Shown in pieces: positions 29,095-39,601 of a stretch of 64,000 nucleotides of DNA; position 1 is the first letter of the stretch, and each line of letters begins with the position of its first letter. The position numbers were made by a program, and so were the translations under genes. The DNA comes from Candidatus Latescibacterota bacterium. GTDB lineage: Bacteria; Latescibacterota; UBA2968; GCA-2709665. Location: the NCBI GenBank assembly GCA_965248435.1, contig OZ252100.1:4544001-4608000 (forward strand). The letters are read 5' to 3'. The notes below the pieces were generated by a model, which did not search any database, had not been told where the DNA came from, and saw only the letters and a list, made by a program, of their open reading frames with translations.

Positions 29095-30507
29095 CTATTT
29101 TTTCTTGGGGATGTAGAGGTCTGTTGCCGTGCCGAGATAGATCTCTGCGGCGATGCCGATCGACTCCGAAAGCGAAGGGTGCGGATGAATGCTCAAAGCG
29201 AGGTCTTCGGCCACGGCGGCCATTTCCACGGCTACCACTCCTTCCGCAATCAGTTCTCCCGCGTGGGGGCCGGTAATGCCCACACCTAAAATTCGCTGCG
29301 TTTCCGGATCGACCACGAGTTTTGTGAGACCTTCGGTTCGCGCGATCGTGGCGGCTCGCCCCGAGGCCGCCCAGGGGAATCGGGCGACTTCGACCTTCCG
29401 GTTCTCCTGCTTGGCCTGCTCTTCGGTCAGCCCGCACCAAGCGACTTCCGGATCCGTGTAGACGACACTCGGGATGACGCTGTCGAACACGGAAGGCTCT
29501 CCGGCGAGCACTTCGGCGGCGACCTTGCCTTCGTGGCTGGCCTTGTGGGCGAGTCCAGGGCCCTCCACGACATCGCCGATCGCGAGGATGGTTTCGTCCC
29601 GGGTTCGCTGCCGTGCATCCACCAGTATGAATCCGCGCTCGCTGAGCTCCACCTGGGTGTTTTCGAGACCGATCCCCCGGCTGTTCGGGACCCGACCCAC
29701 AGAGACCAGGATGCGATCGAAGGTCTGTTCTGCCTCTTTGACCTCTCCCTCCAACGTAGCAGTGATTCCCTTCTGGGATTCTTTCGTCGACGTGACCTTC
29801 GTGTTGAGGTGGATGGCTTTGAAGATCTTTTCCATTCGATTTTGCAGGGGTCTCACCAGATCGCGGTCGGTGCCCGGGAGCAGTCCGTCCAGGAGCTCGA
29901 CGACCGTGACCTCGCTGCCGAGTTCGGCGTAGACCGTGCTGAGCTCCAGGCCGATGATGCCTCCTCCGACCGCAAGCAGCCGTTTGGGCACGTCTTCGAG
30001 CTCGAGGGCCGAGGTGGAGTCCAAAATGCGAGTGCTGTTCGAGTCGAAGATCGGGAGTGTACCGGGACTCGAGCCGGTCGCCACGATGGCGTGGCCGAAC
30101 TCGATGGATGAGACCTTGCTGTTTCCCTCGATCCGAACAGACCGTGAGCTCTCGAAGGCGGCACGCCCCTGGATGTGATCCACTTTTCGCTGCTTGCAGA
30201 GACCGGATAGGCCCCCCGACAGCCGGCTGATGATACCGTCCTTCCAGTTCCTCATCACATCCAGGTCGATCTCAGGTTTCTGAAACCTGAGACCCCAGCC
30301 CTCCGCCTCTCGCGATTCAGAGATGAGACCCGCGACGTGGAGCAGGGCCTTGGACGGGATGCAACCTCTCAAGAGACACGTGCCGCCGAGTTGTTCGTCC
30401 ACTTCGACGATGGTTGTCTGTAACCCCAGGTCGGCTGCGCGGAAGGCTGAAGCGTATCCACCGGGTCCGCCTCCGATGACAAGGACATCCGTCTTATTCG
30501 CCGGCAT
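29095..30507 (-). CDS. lpdA: Dihydrolipoyl dehydrogenase (E3)
   Basis: GGGPGGY, GGTCLLRGCIPSK, LAHKA, HPHPSLSE. Confidence 0.96.
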   Translation of the reverse strand: MPANKTDVLVIGGGPGGYASAFRAADLGLQTTIVEVDEQLGGTCLLRGCIPSKALLHVAGLISESREAEGWGLRFQKPEIDLDVMRNWKDGIISRLSGGLSGLCKQRKVDHIQGRAAFESSRSVRIEGNSKVSSIEFGHAIVATGSSPGTLPIFDSNSTRILDSTSALELEDVPKRLLAVGGGIIGLELSTVYAELGSEVTVVELLDGLLPGTDRDLVRPLQNRMEKIFKAIHLNTKVTSTKESQKGITATLEGEVKEAEQTFDRILVSVGRVPNSRGIGLENTQVELSERGFILVDARQRTRDETILAIGDVVEGPGLAHKASHEGKVAAEVLAGEPSVFDSVIPSVVYTDPEVAWCGLTEEQAKQENRKVEVARFPWAASGRAATIARTEGLTKLVVDPETQRILGVGITGPHAGELIAEGVVAVEMAAVAEDLALSIHPHPSLSESIGIAAEIYLGTATDLYIPKKK

Positions 30508-30582
30508 TTCGAATCCAGATCAGGTTAAGTAAAAGAGGAGGGTGGTATATAGATGTTTTGGAAGAGCGATCTCGCGTCCGTT

Positions 30583-31878
30583 CTACCCACCGAGGAGCAT
30601 CTGCTCCGGATTTTCTAGGGAATCCACGAGGTGTTTCGTAAAGCGGGCACCGTCCGCGCCGTCGATGGCACGGTGGTCGTAGGAAATACAGATCGGCATC
30701 ATCAGGCGGACTTCAATCCGCCCGTCCCGAACGATCGGTTCCTGCTGGCTGCGAGAGATCCCCATGATGGCCACCTCCGGAGCGTTCACGATGGGGGTGA
30801 ATCCTGTTCCTGTGATGGTCCCGAGGTTCGTGATCGTGAAGCAGCCTCCTTGAAGATCGTTCGGGCTCACCTTGCCTGTCCGGGTACGCTCTGCGATGTC
30901 GGAGAGTTCAGCGGCAAGTTGGAAAAGGTCTTTTCGATCCACGTCTTTGACGACGGGTACGAGCAGTCCTCGCTCTGTGTCCACCGCAATTCCGACGTTG
31001 TAGTAGTGCTTTAAGATCATTTCCTCCGACTTCAGATCGAGGCTGGCATTGAACGCGGGGAAGGCCTTCAGCGCGTTGACGACGGCCTTGAGGATCAGGA
31101 CGGTGGGCGTGAGCTTTCCGCCTTTTGCCTCGGCTTCAGCCTTATGACGCTGGCGGAAGGCTTCGAGTTCAGTGACGTCGGCCTTGTCGAACTGCGTGAC
31201 GTGCGGGATGGTTCCCCATGCCAGGGCCATGTGCTCGGCTGTTTTCTTTCTGACCACGTTGAGCGCGACCCGTTCTGTCTCACCCCATTTGGAGAAGTCC
31301 GGCAGATCAGCGGTTGTTGCGACCATCTCTCCGGCTGCAGGACCGGCCGACATCGTGCCCTTCACGTACGCCTGGACGTCGTCACGTGTGATGCGGCCCC
31401 CGGATCCAGTTCCGCGAAGCTGATGCAGGTCGACGCCGAGCTCTCGGGCCATACGCCGGACACTTGGCGCAGCAGGTACCGGGGCCGCGGTCTCTTCTGG
31501 AGGAGAGGGCGGCGGTGCAGCCGCCGCTTCTGGCTCGGGTGCCTCCGGCTCTGCGATAGGTTCCGGCTCTGTCGGCTGCTCTGGCGGTTGCTCGGGCTCG
31601 GAGGGCGCTTCCGCTTCCGAAAGTGCCTGTTCACCATCGGTGTCCTCCTCGATGGTGAACAGCAGGGTGCCAACCGGTACCTTGTCGCCCTGCTTGACTT
31701 TAATCGATATAACCTTACCCGCGTGGGGCGATGGGACCTCGATCAGCGCCTTGTCGGTCTCCAGCTCGAGCAGCGTCTGATCCGCTTGAACCAGGTCGCC
31801 TTCAGATACAAGGACACGCGCCACGTTCCCTGATTCGATGCCTTCCCCGAGGTCGGGGAGCTTAAACTCCTTTGCCAC
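30583..31878 (-). CDS. aceF: Pyruvate dehydrogenase E2, one lipoyl domain
   Basis: AGGAGG RBS and GTG 31878; ETDKA lipoyl motif, PSVRRMARELG..GRIT, DHRAIDG. Confidence 0.93.
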   Translation of the reverse strand: MAKEFKLPDLGEGIESGNVARVLVSEGDLVQADQTLLELETDKALIEVPSPHAGKVISIKVKQGDKVPVGTLLFTIEEDTDGEQALSEAEAPSEPEQPPEQPTEPEPIAEPEAPEPEAAAAPPPSPPEETAAPVPAAPSVRRMARELGVDLHQLRGTGSGGRITRDDVQAYVKGTMSAGPAAGEMVATTADLPDFSKWGETERVALNVVRKKTAEHMALAWGTIPHVTQFDKADVTELEAFRQRHKAEAEAKGGKLTPTVLILKAVVNALKAFPAFNASLDLKSEEMILKHYYNVGIAVDTERGLLVPVVKDVDRKDLFQLAAELSDIAERTRTGKVSPNDLQGGCFTITNLGTITGTGFTPIVNAPEVAIMGISRSQQEPIVRDGRIEVRLMMPICISYDHRAIDGADGARFTKHLVDSLENPEQMLLGG

Positions 31879-31895
31879 GCTTCCTCCTGTATTCC

Positions 31896-34598
31896 TCAGC
31901 CTATGAACTGTGCCACGATTGGGCCGGCAGCGACGGGGTCGGCCTTCTCGGGGTCGATGTCGAGATCCCGGATGGCCTTTTCGACAAGTTCCTTCTCTAC
32001 TTTCCCCTCTCCGGACAATGCATATAGCGCAGCGACAGCGATACATTCCGCATCGACCTCGAAGTGTCTGCGAAGCCCTTCCCGGGTATCGCTTCTCCCG
32101 AAACCATCCGTTCCGAGTGCCACCAGTTCCTGTGGCACCCAGGGCCGGATCATGTCCGGAAGGATCTTCATGTAGTCAGACGCGGCTACGACCGGACCGT
32201 CTGCCTTTTCGAGCGATGCTGTGATGTAGGGCTTCCTCGGGCGACTGGTCGGATGGAGCATGTTCCATCTCTGGGTCTCCAACGCCTCACGGCGGAGTTC
32301 TTTGTAGCTCGTCACGCTCCAGACATCGGCCGTTACGTTGAAGCGGTCACCGAGGATCTCCTGAGCACGCAGGGCCTCCCGCAAGATCGAGCCGCTTCCG
32401 AAGAGCTGGACCTTGTGCGACCCTTTTTTCTGCTTGCCGGATTTGAATTTGTAAATGCCTTTCAGAATGCCTTCCGTCACGCCCTCCGGCATCTCCGGCA
32501 TGGGGTAAGGCTCGTTCCCCAGGGTCAGGTAGTAGAAGATGTCTTCCTGTTCCTGGTACATTCGCCGGATCCCGTCTTGGACGATCGTCGCGATTTCGTA
32601 TGCGAAAGCAGGATCGTAGGTTGCGAGATTGGGGACCGTGCTGGCCAGGACGTGACTGTGACCGTCCTCGTGCTGGAGGCCCTCCCCGTTCAGCGTGGTC
32701 CGACCCGCGGTCCCGCCCAGCATAAAGCCCTTGCAGCTCATGTCTGCGGCAGCCCATACGAGATCGCCGATTCTCTGGAACCCGAACATCGAATAGTAGA
32801 TGAAAAAGGGAATTGTGTTCACGCCGTGCGTGGCGTATGCAGTTCCTGCCGCGATGAACGAAGACATCGCCCCGGCTTCGGTGATTCCTTCTTCCAGAAT
32901 CTGCCCGTCTTTCGCCTCCCTGTAATAGAGAAGGGTGTCTGCGTCCACTGGCTCGTAGACCTGCCCTACAGAGGAGTAGATCCCGCACTGTCGAAACAGG
33001 GGTTCCATCCCGAAGGTTCTGGCCTCATCGGGGATGATTGGGACGACCCACTTTCCGATTTCGGGATCTCGAAGGAGCTGAGAAAACATACGAGCGAAGG
33101 CCATGGTTGTGGAGGCTTCCCGGTCTCCCGTTCCTTTCAAGAATTCCTCGAATAGTTCGATGGGAGGGGCCTTGAGGGGTTTCGCGCGCATTTCACGGCT
33201 CGGCACGTAGCCTCCGAGCTCCTCTCTACGTTTTCTCATGTACTTGATTTCGTCGCTGTCTTCTGGGGGACGGTAGAAGGGCGCATCGGCGACTTCCTCG
33301 TCGGAGATGGGGATGCTGAACCGGGTTCGAAACTCCCTGAGCTCGTCTTCATTCATTTTCTTCTGCTGATGGGTCACGTTTCGGCCCTCACCGGCCTCTC
33401 CCAGGCCGTAGCCCTTGACGGTCTTCGCAAGGATGACGGTAGGGGAGCCTTTATGCTCGACCGCCGACTTGTAAGCTGCGTAGACCTTTTCGGGATCGTG
33501 TCCGCCACGGCGTATCTTCTGGAGCTGTTCATCGGATAGATGCTCGACCATCCTGAGCAGCTCGGGATGGGTGCCGAAAAAATCTTTCCGGATGTAGTCC
33601 CCCGATTCGACCGAATACTTCTGATACTGACCATCTACAACTTCGCCCATGCGCCGCATCAGCAGACCGTCTTCGTCTTTTGCAAGGAGGACGTCCCAGT
33701 CTTCTCCCCAGATCACCTTGATGACATTCCAGCCAGATCCCCGGAAGATGGTCTCCAACTCCTGCATGATTTTACCGTTGCCCCTGACGGGGCCGTCCAG
33801 CCGCTGCATGTTGCAGTTGATGACGAAGATCAGGTTATCCAGCCTCTCTCGGGAGGCCAAGTTAATGGCGCCCAGGGATTCGGGTTCGTCCGTCTCTCCG
33901 TCCCCCATGTAGACCCATACGTGTGATCCCGATGTGTCTTTGAGCCCTCGATCTTCCAGGTAGCGGTTGAACCGCGCCTGGTAGATGCCCATGATCGGTC
34001 CCAGCCCCATGGAGACAGTAGGAAACTCCCAGAAATCGGGCATCAGCCAGGGATGAGGGTAGGAGGATAGGCCACCCTTCAGCTCCTGTCTGAAGCTCTC
34101 AAGCTGCTCTTTGCTGAGCCGACCCTCCAGAAAGGCCCTGGCATAGACCCCCGGGGAGGTGTGACCCTGAAAGTAGACCTGGTCTCCTGAAAAGTCCCCG
34201 CCTTTTCCTCTGAGGAAGTGGTCGAACGCCACCTCCAGGAGGGTTGCCGAAGAGGCATAGCTCGATATGTGCCCGCCAATTCCGTCGATGTGTCGATTCG
34301 CGCGAACTACCATGGCCATGGCGTTCCATCTGTTGATGCTCTTGATACGCCGCTCGGTTTCCCGCTCCCCCGGGTAGGGGATCTGCTGGTCTGCGGGGAT
34401 GGTGTTGATGTAGGGGGTGCTGGCGCTGAACGGGATTTCGACACCGACCTTGTGCGTCCACTCTTCCAGCATTTCGAGCAGAAAACGGACCCGGTCAGGT
34501 CCGTGGTTCTCCAGGGCATAGTCGAGAGAATCGACCCACTCCCGCGTTTCCTCTGGATCGACATCAACTGACGGTTTTCTAAGCACTTTGTCTGCCAT
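31896..34598 (-). CDS. aceE: Pyruvate dehydrogenase E1, homodimeric type
   Basis: DVDPEETREW, GGHISSYAS, PTVSMGLGP, GDGETDEPES, GEGLQH, LGTDGFGRSD. Confidence 0.97.
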   Translation of the reverse strand: MADKVLRKPSVDVDPEETREWVDSLDYALENHGPDRVRFLLEMLEEWTHKVGVEIPFSASTPYINTIPADQQIPYPGERETERRIKSINRWNAMAMVVRANRHIDGIGGHISSYASSATLLEVAFDHFLRGKGGDFSGDQVYFQGHTSPGVYARAFLEGRLSKEQLESFRQELKGGLSSYPHPWLMPDFWEFPTVSMGLGPIMGIYQARFNRYLEDRGLKDTSGSHVWVYMGDGETDEPESLGAINLASRERLDNLIFVINCNMQRLDGPVRGNGKIMQELETIFRGSGWNVIKVIWGEDWDVLLAKDEDGLLMRRMGEVVDGQYQKYSVESGDYIRKDFFGTHPELLRMVEHLSDEQLQKIRRGGHDPEKVYAAYKSAVEHKGSPTVILAKTVKGYGLGEAGEGRNVTHQQKKMNEDELREFRTRFSIPISDEEVADAPFYRPPEDSDEIKYMRKRREELGGYVPSREMRAKPLKAPPIELFEEFLKGTGDREASTTMAFARMFSQLLRDPEIGKWVVPIIPDEARTFGMEPLFRQCGIYSSVGQVYEPVDADTLLYYREAKDGQILEEGITEAGAMSSFIAAGTAYATHGVNTIPFFIYYSMFGFQRIGDLVWAAADMSCKGFMLGGTAGRTTLNGEGLQHEDGHSHVLASTVPNLATYDPAFAYEIATIVQDGIRRMYQEQEDIFYYLTLGNEPYPMPEMPEGVTEGILKGIYKFKSGKQKKGSHKVQLFGSGSILREALRAQEILGDRFNVTADVWSVTSYKELRREALETQRWNMLHPTSRPRKPYITASLEKADGPVVAASDYMKILPDMIRPWVPQELVALGTDGFGRSDTREGLRRHFEVDAECIAVAALYALSGEGKVEKELVEKAIRDLDIDPEKADPVAAGPIVAQFIG

Positions 34599-34653
34599 GA
34601 ACCTTCCTCTGTTCCGGTGTCTTCACGCACGTTTCAATGCGGGACGGGAGGTC

Positions 34654-34682
34654 AATTTACGGGGTGGCAGATGAAATGTCAA
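34654..34682 (-). promoter_or_regulatory. Sigma70 promoter for aceE-aceF-lpdA
   Basis: Minus strand TTGACA-17nt-TAAATT. Confidence 0.7.
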
Positions 34683-34805
34683 CCCGTGCAAACGCCGCGA
34701 AGACGGCCCTTTGAGATGCAAGAGCCTTTAAAAACGGAAGTTTGTTCGGGGAGATTCCGTTAGACTTTCTAATGGTTCAGATTAGTGGCTTTGCCATGGT
34801 TTCAC

Positions 34806-34834
34806 TTGACTATACGGATTTATAAAGTTACATT
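34806..34834 (+). promoter_or_regulatory. Sigma70 promoter for the 2-oxoacid oxidoreductase operon
   Basis: TTGACT-17nt-TACATT. Confidence 0.65.
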
Positions 34835-34877
34835 TTGGTCTATTACAAAAATCACGAATTGGAAAGGAGTCGATCTA

Positions 34878-36884
34878 ATGTCGACCGCAGGCAGAGAAAT
34901 TACCGTTGGCATTGCCGGCGCGGCAGGCGACGGGCTGGATAAAACGGGGGATACTCTTGCCCACACGGCTTCCCGTCTGGGGATACACGTCTACGCTTAC
35001 AACAGCTATCAGTCGCTCATCCGCGGGGGCCACACCTGGCTGCGTCTTCGCCTTGGCGAACAGAAGGTGACGAACCACGGGGACCGGATCCAGGCGTTGA
35101 TTTGCCTGAATGAGGATAGCCTGGAGCGGCACGTGCCCGAGGTGGAGCCGGGGGGGATCGTTCTCCACAACAGCGACAGATTGCAGTGTGACCCTTTTCT
35201 GGTGCCCGACGGGGTGCGGGTCCTGTCGTTTCCCTTTAAAGAGCTCACCAAAGATATGGGCAAGCTCCTGCCGGTGATGCAGAATATCGTCGCCCTCGGT
35301 GCGCTCATGAAGGCGATCGACTTTGAATTCGATGTCATGGCCGGTGTGCTTTCCGACACCTTCGCGCATAAGGGGAAGCAGATTATCGAGCAGAACGTGG
35401 GTGTGGCGCGCGCCGGGTACGACTTCGCGAGCGAAAAGATCGAACCGATGGGCATCGAATGGAACTTTTCGCACAACAAGATGCCCGTCTTCACCGGCAA
35501 CACAGCCATGGCCATGGGCGCCACAGCCGCTGGCCTCAAACTCTATGCGGCCTATCCCATGAGCCCGGCCTCCAGTATCCTGCACTGGTTCATGTCGCAC
35601 GGTGAGCGGGTCGGGGTTGCAGTCAAGCAAGCGGAAGACGAAATCGCCGTCGCGAACATCACGATCGGTGCAGGGCACGCCGGCGTGCGTGCGATGTGCG
35701 CCACCTCGGGTGGCGGATTCGCGCTGATGACCGAGGCGATCGGCATGGCCGGCATCATCGAGGCGCCGTCGGTGTTCATCAATGTGCAGCGGGGGGGCCC
35801 CTCCACAGGGCTTCCAACAAAGACGGAGCAGGGCGACCTGAATCAGGCCTTCGGGGCCTCCCAGGGGGACTATCCACGGGTGATCGTAGCCCCCGCCACG
35901 ATTGAGGACTGCTACTACATGACGGCCGAGGCCCTGAACCTGGCCGAGCAGTTCCAGCTCCCCGTCATCGTGCTCTCAGACCTTCTGCTCGGTCAGCACG
36001 TTGAAACGGTGGAGGCCGGCGCGCTGACGCCCGATGTTCCGATCGAACGCGGCGAGCTCCTGGACGAAGCGCTTGCTTCGGAGATGAATGGAAAATTCAA
36101 GCGCTACGCCTTCACGCAGTCCGGGGTTTCTCCGCGGGTGCTGCCCGGAACAGAAGGGTTTGCCTATGTGGCGGCCACCGACGATCACGACGAAAAAGGC
36201 GTATTGATCAGTGATGAACACACCAATGCGGCCGTTCGCAGGAAGATTCAGGAAAAACGGATGCAGAAACTGGAAGGCGTGCTGGCCAAACTGCCGGTTC
36301 CCCAGCTCGAGGGTCCGGCCGACGCCGAACTTACGCTCATCGGGTGGGGGTCTACCTGGGGCCTGCTACACGAGACGGCCGGCCTATTGACGGAAATGGG
36401 AATTCAGACCAACCATTTACACTTCAGGTATCTTTTCCCCTTCCCCAGCAAAGAGGTGCGCGAGATCCTTGAGGGTTGCAAGCGAACGGTTGAGGTGGAA
36501 TGCAACTACACAGGGCAGTTTGCCCGCCACCTGCGTGCCGAGACCGGCTTCTCGGTAGATGACATGGTCCTGAAGTACGACGGAGAACCGCTTGAGATCG
36601 GCTATCTGGTGGACCGATTGAAGGCGATCTTCGAAGGCCAGCCAGAGGACCGACAGGTGTCGGAGCCCGAGGCCCGCGAGATTGCTTACCACTATATTAG
36701 AGTCTACCTGAAAGACAGCAGTCGACCCGTTGCCTGCGAGCAGATTCCGAAAGACGGCTACAGTGAGCCGATGTGGGAGGTCCAGATCGCGGACCGGAAA
36801 GAGGGAGTCCCCAAGGGGAGGCTATTCATCGGGCGTGACACGGGCTCCATTCACGAATGGCAGCCCGATGCAGTAGGGGCGTAA
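34878..36884 (+). CDS. 2-oxoacid:ferredoxin oxidoreductase alpha subunit (gamma-alpha fusion) with C-terminal extension
   Basis: AAGGAG RBS; IRGGH, YPMSPAS, QAEDEI, ATSGGGF, QRGGPSTGLPT. Confidence 0.94.
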   Translation: MSTAGREITVGIAGAAGDGLDKTGDTLAHTASRLGIHVYAYNSYQSLIRGGHTWLRLRLGEQKVTNHGDRIQALICLNEDSLERHVPEVEPGGIVLHNSDRLQCDPFLVPDGVRVLSFPFKELTKDMGKLLPVMQNIVALGALMKAIDFEFDVMAGVLSDTFAHKGKQIIEQNVGVARAGYDFASEKIEPMGIEWNFSHNKMPVFTGNTAMAMGATAAGLKLYAAYPMSPASSILHWFMSHGERVGVAVKQAEDEIAVANITIGAGHAGVRAMCATSGGGFALMTEAIGMAGIIEAPSVFINVQRGGPSTGLPTKTEQGDLNQAFGASQGDYPRVIVAPATIEDCYYMTAEALNLAEQFQLPVIVLSDLLLGQHVETVEAGALTPDVPIERGELLDEALASEMNGKFKRYAFTQSGVSPRVLPGTEGFAYVAATDDHDEKGVLISDEHTNAAVRRKIQEKRMQKLEGVLAKLPVPQLEGPADAELTLIGWGSTWGLLHETAGLLTEMGIQTNHLHFRYLFPFPSKEVREILEGCKRTVEVECNYTGQFARHLRAETGFSVDDMVLKYDGEPLEIGYLVDRLKAIFEGQPEDRQVSEPEAREIAYHYIRVYLKDSSRPVACEQIPKDGYSEPMWEVQIADRKEGVPKGRLFIGRDTGSIHEWQPDAVGA

Positions 36885-36922
36885 GACGCGCAGAGAACCC
36901 GGACCATTAGGGAGACTATTCC

Positions 36923-37816
36923 ATGGCAATTGCAGCGGAGAAAATCGAAGAACTGACGCTCGACATTTATGATGGTCAAGTAGATCCGGATTGGTGTCCT
37001 GGATGCGGTGATTTCGGCGTGCTCAAGTCCCTTAAGATGGCCTTGCTGGAGCTGGGTATTCCGCCCCACGACGTTCTTGTCGTATCCGGGATCGGTTGTT
37101 CATCGAACCTGCCCGGCTTTATTCACTCTTACGGCGTGCACAGCCTCCACGGCCGGTCTCTGCCCGTGGCGACCGGCGCAAAGCTGGCCAACCAGGACCT
37201 GAACGTTGTGGTTACCGGAGGAGACGGGGATGGGTATGGCATCGGCATGTGCCACTTCATCCACGCCATGCGCCGAAACCTGGACTTGACCTATATCGTG
37301 ATGAACAACCAGATCTACGGTCTCACGACAGGCCAGGCGTCACCTACGACGATGAAGGAGGTCCGTACCCTGACCACCCCCAGGGGCAACGCGGAGCTGC
37401 CGATCAACCCCCTTGCGCTGGCCCTCGCATCCGGGGCTACCTATGTTTCACGCGGGTTCTCTGGAGATCCCAATCATATGACGCAGCTTTTTGCGGGCGC
37501 GATTTCACATCGCGGCTTCGCCCTGATTGACGTGTTCAGCCCATGCGTGACCTACAACAAGGTGAATACCTACCCCTATTTCAAGCAGCGGGTTTACAAA
37601 CTGGAGGACGAAGAGGGCTATGATTCATCTAATGTGACGTCGGCGATCGCGCGGTCGCACGAATGGGGCGATCGCATTCCGATTGGCCTCCTCTACAAGG
37701 ATGAACAGCCGATCTACGAAGACAGCGAGCCGGTGTTCACGAAGGGTCCGCTGGTCGATCAGCCATTGGGTATGGGCCAGGAACTGTTCGATGAATTGAT
37801 CGCCGAACTGACGTAG
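36923..37816 (+). CDS. 2-oxoacid:ferredoxin oxidoreductase beta subunit
   Basis: WCPGCGD, SGIGCS, HGR, GGDGD, NNQIYGLTTGQ.SPT, SPCVT. Confidence 0.95.
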   Translation: MAIAAEKIEELTLDIYDGQVDPDWCPGCGDFGVLKSLKMALLELGIPPHDVLVVSGIGCSSNLPGFIHSYGVHSLHGRSLPVATGAKLANQDLNVVVTGGDGDGYGIGMCHFIHAMRRNLDLTYIVMNNQIYGLTTGQASPTTMKEVRTLTTPRGNAELPINPLALALASGATYVSRGFSGDPNHMTQLFAGAISHRGFALIDVFSPCVTYNKVNTYPYFKQRVYKLEDEEGYDSSNVTSAIARSHEWGDRIPIGLLYKDEQPIYEDSEPVFTKGPLVDQPLGMGQELFDELIAELT

Positions 37817-37866
37817 GGGCGTGCCTATGTTTTGATTTGCTTAACTTCGACAAGAGCGCATGATTG

Positions 37867-37901
37867 GAAGCCAACCTGTCTACAAAGGTTGGCTTCTTTT
37901 T
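37867..37901 (+). terminator. Intrinsic terminator
   Basis: GAAGCCAACCT-gtctacaa-AGGTTGGCTTC-TTTTT. Confidence 0.85.
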
Positions 37902-37982
37902 GTCCTCAACATTAGCGCGGGGGAAGCAGCCGGACGTTGACGGGCCAAGGCAGAGGGGATTCGCTCAATACGGGGGCTGACT

Positions 37983-39032
37983 CTAAAGCTGGGCCAGTAG
38001 CCGGAGTTGCTGGGTATCGGGAAGCGACACGATCCGGTTTTGGAGTGCACCGATGCCGCCTCCAAATTCCATTCGTACCGCGTCCCCTGCCTGAAGCCCG
38101 TCAGGCAGGTCTTCCTGGCCAAAGACGATCGGCGTGCCCCAGTAGAAAAGCTGCAGGGTGTCCGCCGTGAGGGGCAGGCGGCGAAAGAGTGCGCGTTCGA
38201 GGTGAAAAAGACCTTCGGGCATGTTCAAGGAGCGGCGACCTGTAATTCCCTCTTTGAAGGCCGCTCGACGACCGTCCCGGATGACCTCGCACGACATCGG
38301 CACCTCGGCATCGTCGAACTCGGAGGGGGTGATGAAGATGGGACCCAAACTGGCACATCCACCGCTCCAATTCTTTGCCTGTGGCAGATTGAGGGGGTTC
38401 TGGGCCTCGATTCCGTTGTCTGTGTAGTCGTTTCCGCCAGTGTAGCCCAGGCGTTCCACTTGGCCATCCCCATCCAGACCGTAGACGGTGACGAGCTCGG
38501 TTTCGGGCACCAACCTGATGGTCCCGGGGGCCAGGGCGATCTCTCCGCCGTGCCCGACAAGATCATCCGGATTGTTCTTAGAAAAAAGCTCAGGTATGCC
38601 GCCTTCAGCACACTCCCGATACTTCTGCTCGTAGACGTTAACGGGATCTCCAGTGGCCTGTTTGGCCTCGATTTCCCGGAGTTTTGCACTGTCTGAATGT
38701 GTGACACCGGCAAGCCAGATACGAAGCCGGTGGGGCGCATCAACGGGAGGACTGACCGGCCGGTCCAGGTGAGGGCGACTGAGGTCTTCTGTGTTTTCAA
38801 GCAGTTCGGCCAGGTCAAGGCGCCGAGCTGAACGACTGACAAGCGTCTGCACCGCGTTCTCGATGCCCACCCTGTTTCCATCGTTGGCATAATAGATCTC
38901 GTAGAGGGACCTCGGGTGGGGCGGGCAGGAGGTGAGGTCGATGAGCTGATCCGCTTCAACCCAGCCGACACGCCCCAACGGTTCAGGTTCTTCACTCGGG
39001 TCTATGAACTGAAGAAGCTTCATGGTGTGCAT
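37983..39032 (-). CDS. FAH-superfamily protein, 2-keto-3-deoxy sugar-acid dehydratase-like
   Basis: PELFSK, PETEL, GYTGGND, IEAQNPLNLPQAK...CASLGP. Confidence 0.75.
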   Translation of the reverse strand: MHTMKLLQFIDPSEEPEPLGRVGWVEADQLIDLTSCPPHPRSLYEIYYANDGNRVGIENAVQTLVSRSARRLDLAELLENTEDLSRPHLDRPVSPPVDAPHRLRIWLAGVTHSDSAKLREIEAKQATGDPVNVYEQKYRECAEGGIPELFSKNNPDDLVGHGGEIALAPGTIRLVPETELVTVYGLDGDGQVERLGYTGGNDYTDNGIEAQNPLNLPQAKNWSGGCASLGPIFITPSEFDDAEVPMSCEVIRDGRRAAFKEGITGRRSLNMPEGLFHLERALFRRLPLTADTLQLFYWGTPIVFGQEDLPDGLQAGDAVRMEFGGGIGALQNRIVSLPDTQQLRLLAQL

Positions 39033-39094
39033 CCACTGGCTGAGTTGAGACGGTAGGCTGCCCAGGGAGACGGTTGCTGGAAGGCATAAGTATA

Positions 39095-39123
39095 TGTATA
39101 GGCGTTTGCGGAGGAAAGTTCAA
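39095..39123 (-). promoter_or_regulatory. Possible sigma70 promoter
   Basis: Minus strand TTGAAC-17nt-TATACA upstream of the FAH-like gene. Confidence 0.45.
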
Positions 39124-39601
39124 AACGGGAGGGTCAATCCGTCTGTTTCCGCTTGCAGTCTAACGGCAGTCGCGTATTTTAGATCGGGTGTGTCGAGGCA
39201 AACTCGCCAACTGGAGTCACTGACGTTGTTCGAGTTGGCGTCGGTTTTGGGAGGCAATCGTGGCAGATTTGGCCTACAACGGAACGGACCCTGCCGAGGC
39301 CCCGGTTTTTTCCGTGAACACAAGCGGGAAATGCGTGCCTTGCGCCGCGTCGTGGTGGGGGGGAAGGCGCAACCGTGAAGGATATCAACGGCAAGTCGAT
39401 GCACCTGTCTGGCGTTACACTGGGCCGGCCAGAACTGGAGGACCTGCTTCGGATGGCCGGCGCGTCATACGATCCGAAAACACTGAACGAACCGCCGGCG
39501 AGGGCTCAAAAGTCTAAGGAATTCCAAGTGGTCAAGCAGGACCGTGGGGCCAGGATCGTGTCATGTGATGCGCCGTTGACGCACTACGAAATGGGTAAAA
39601 G

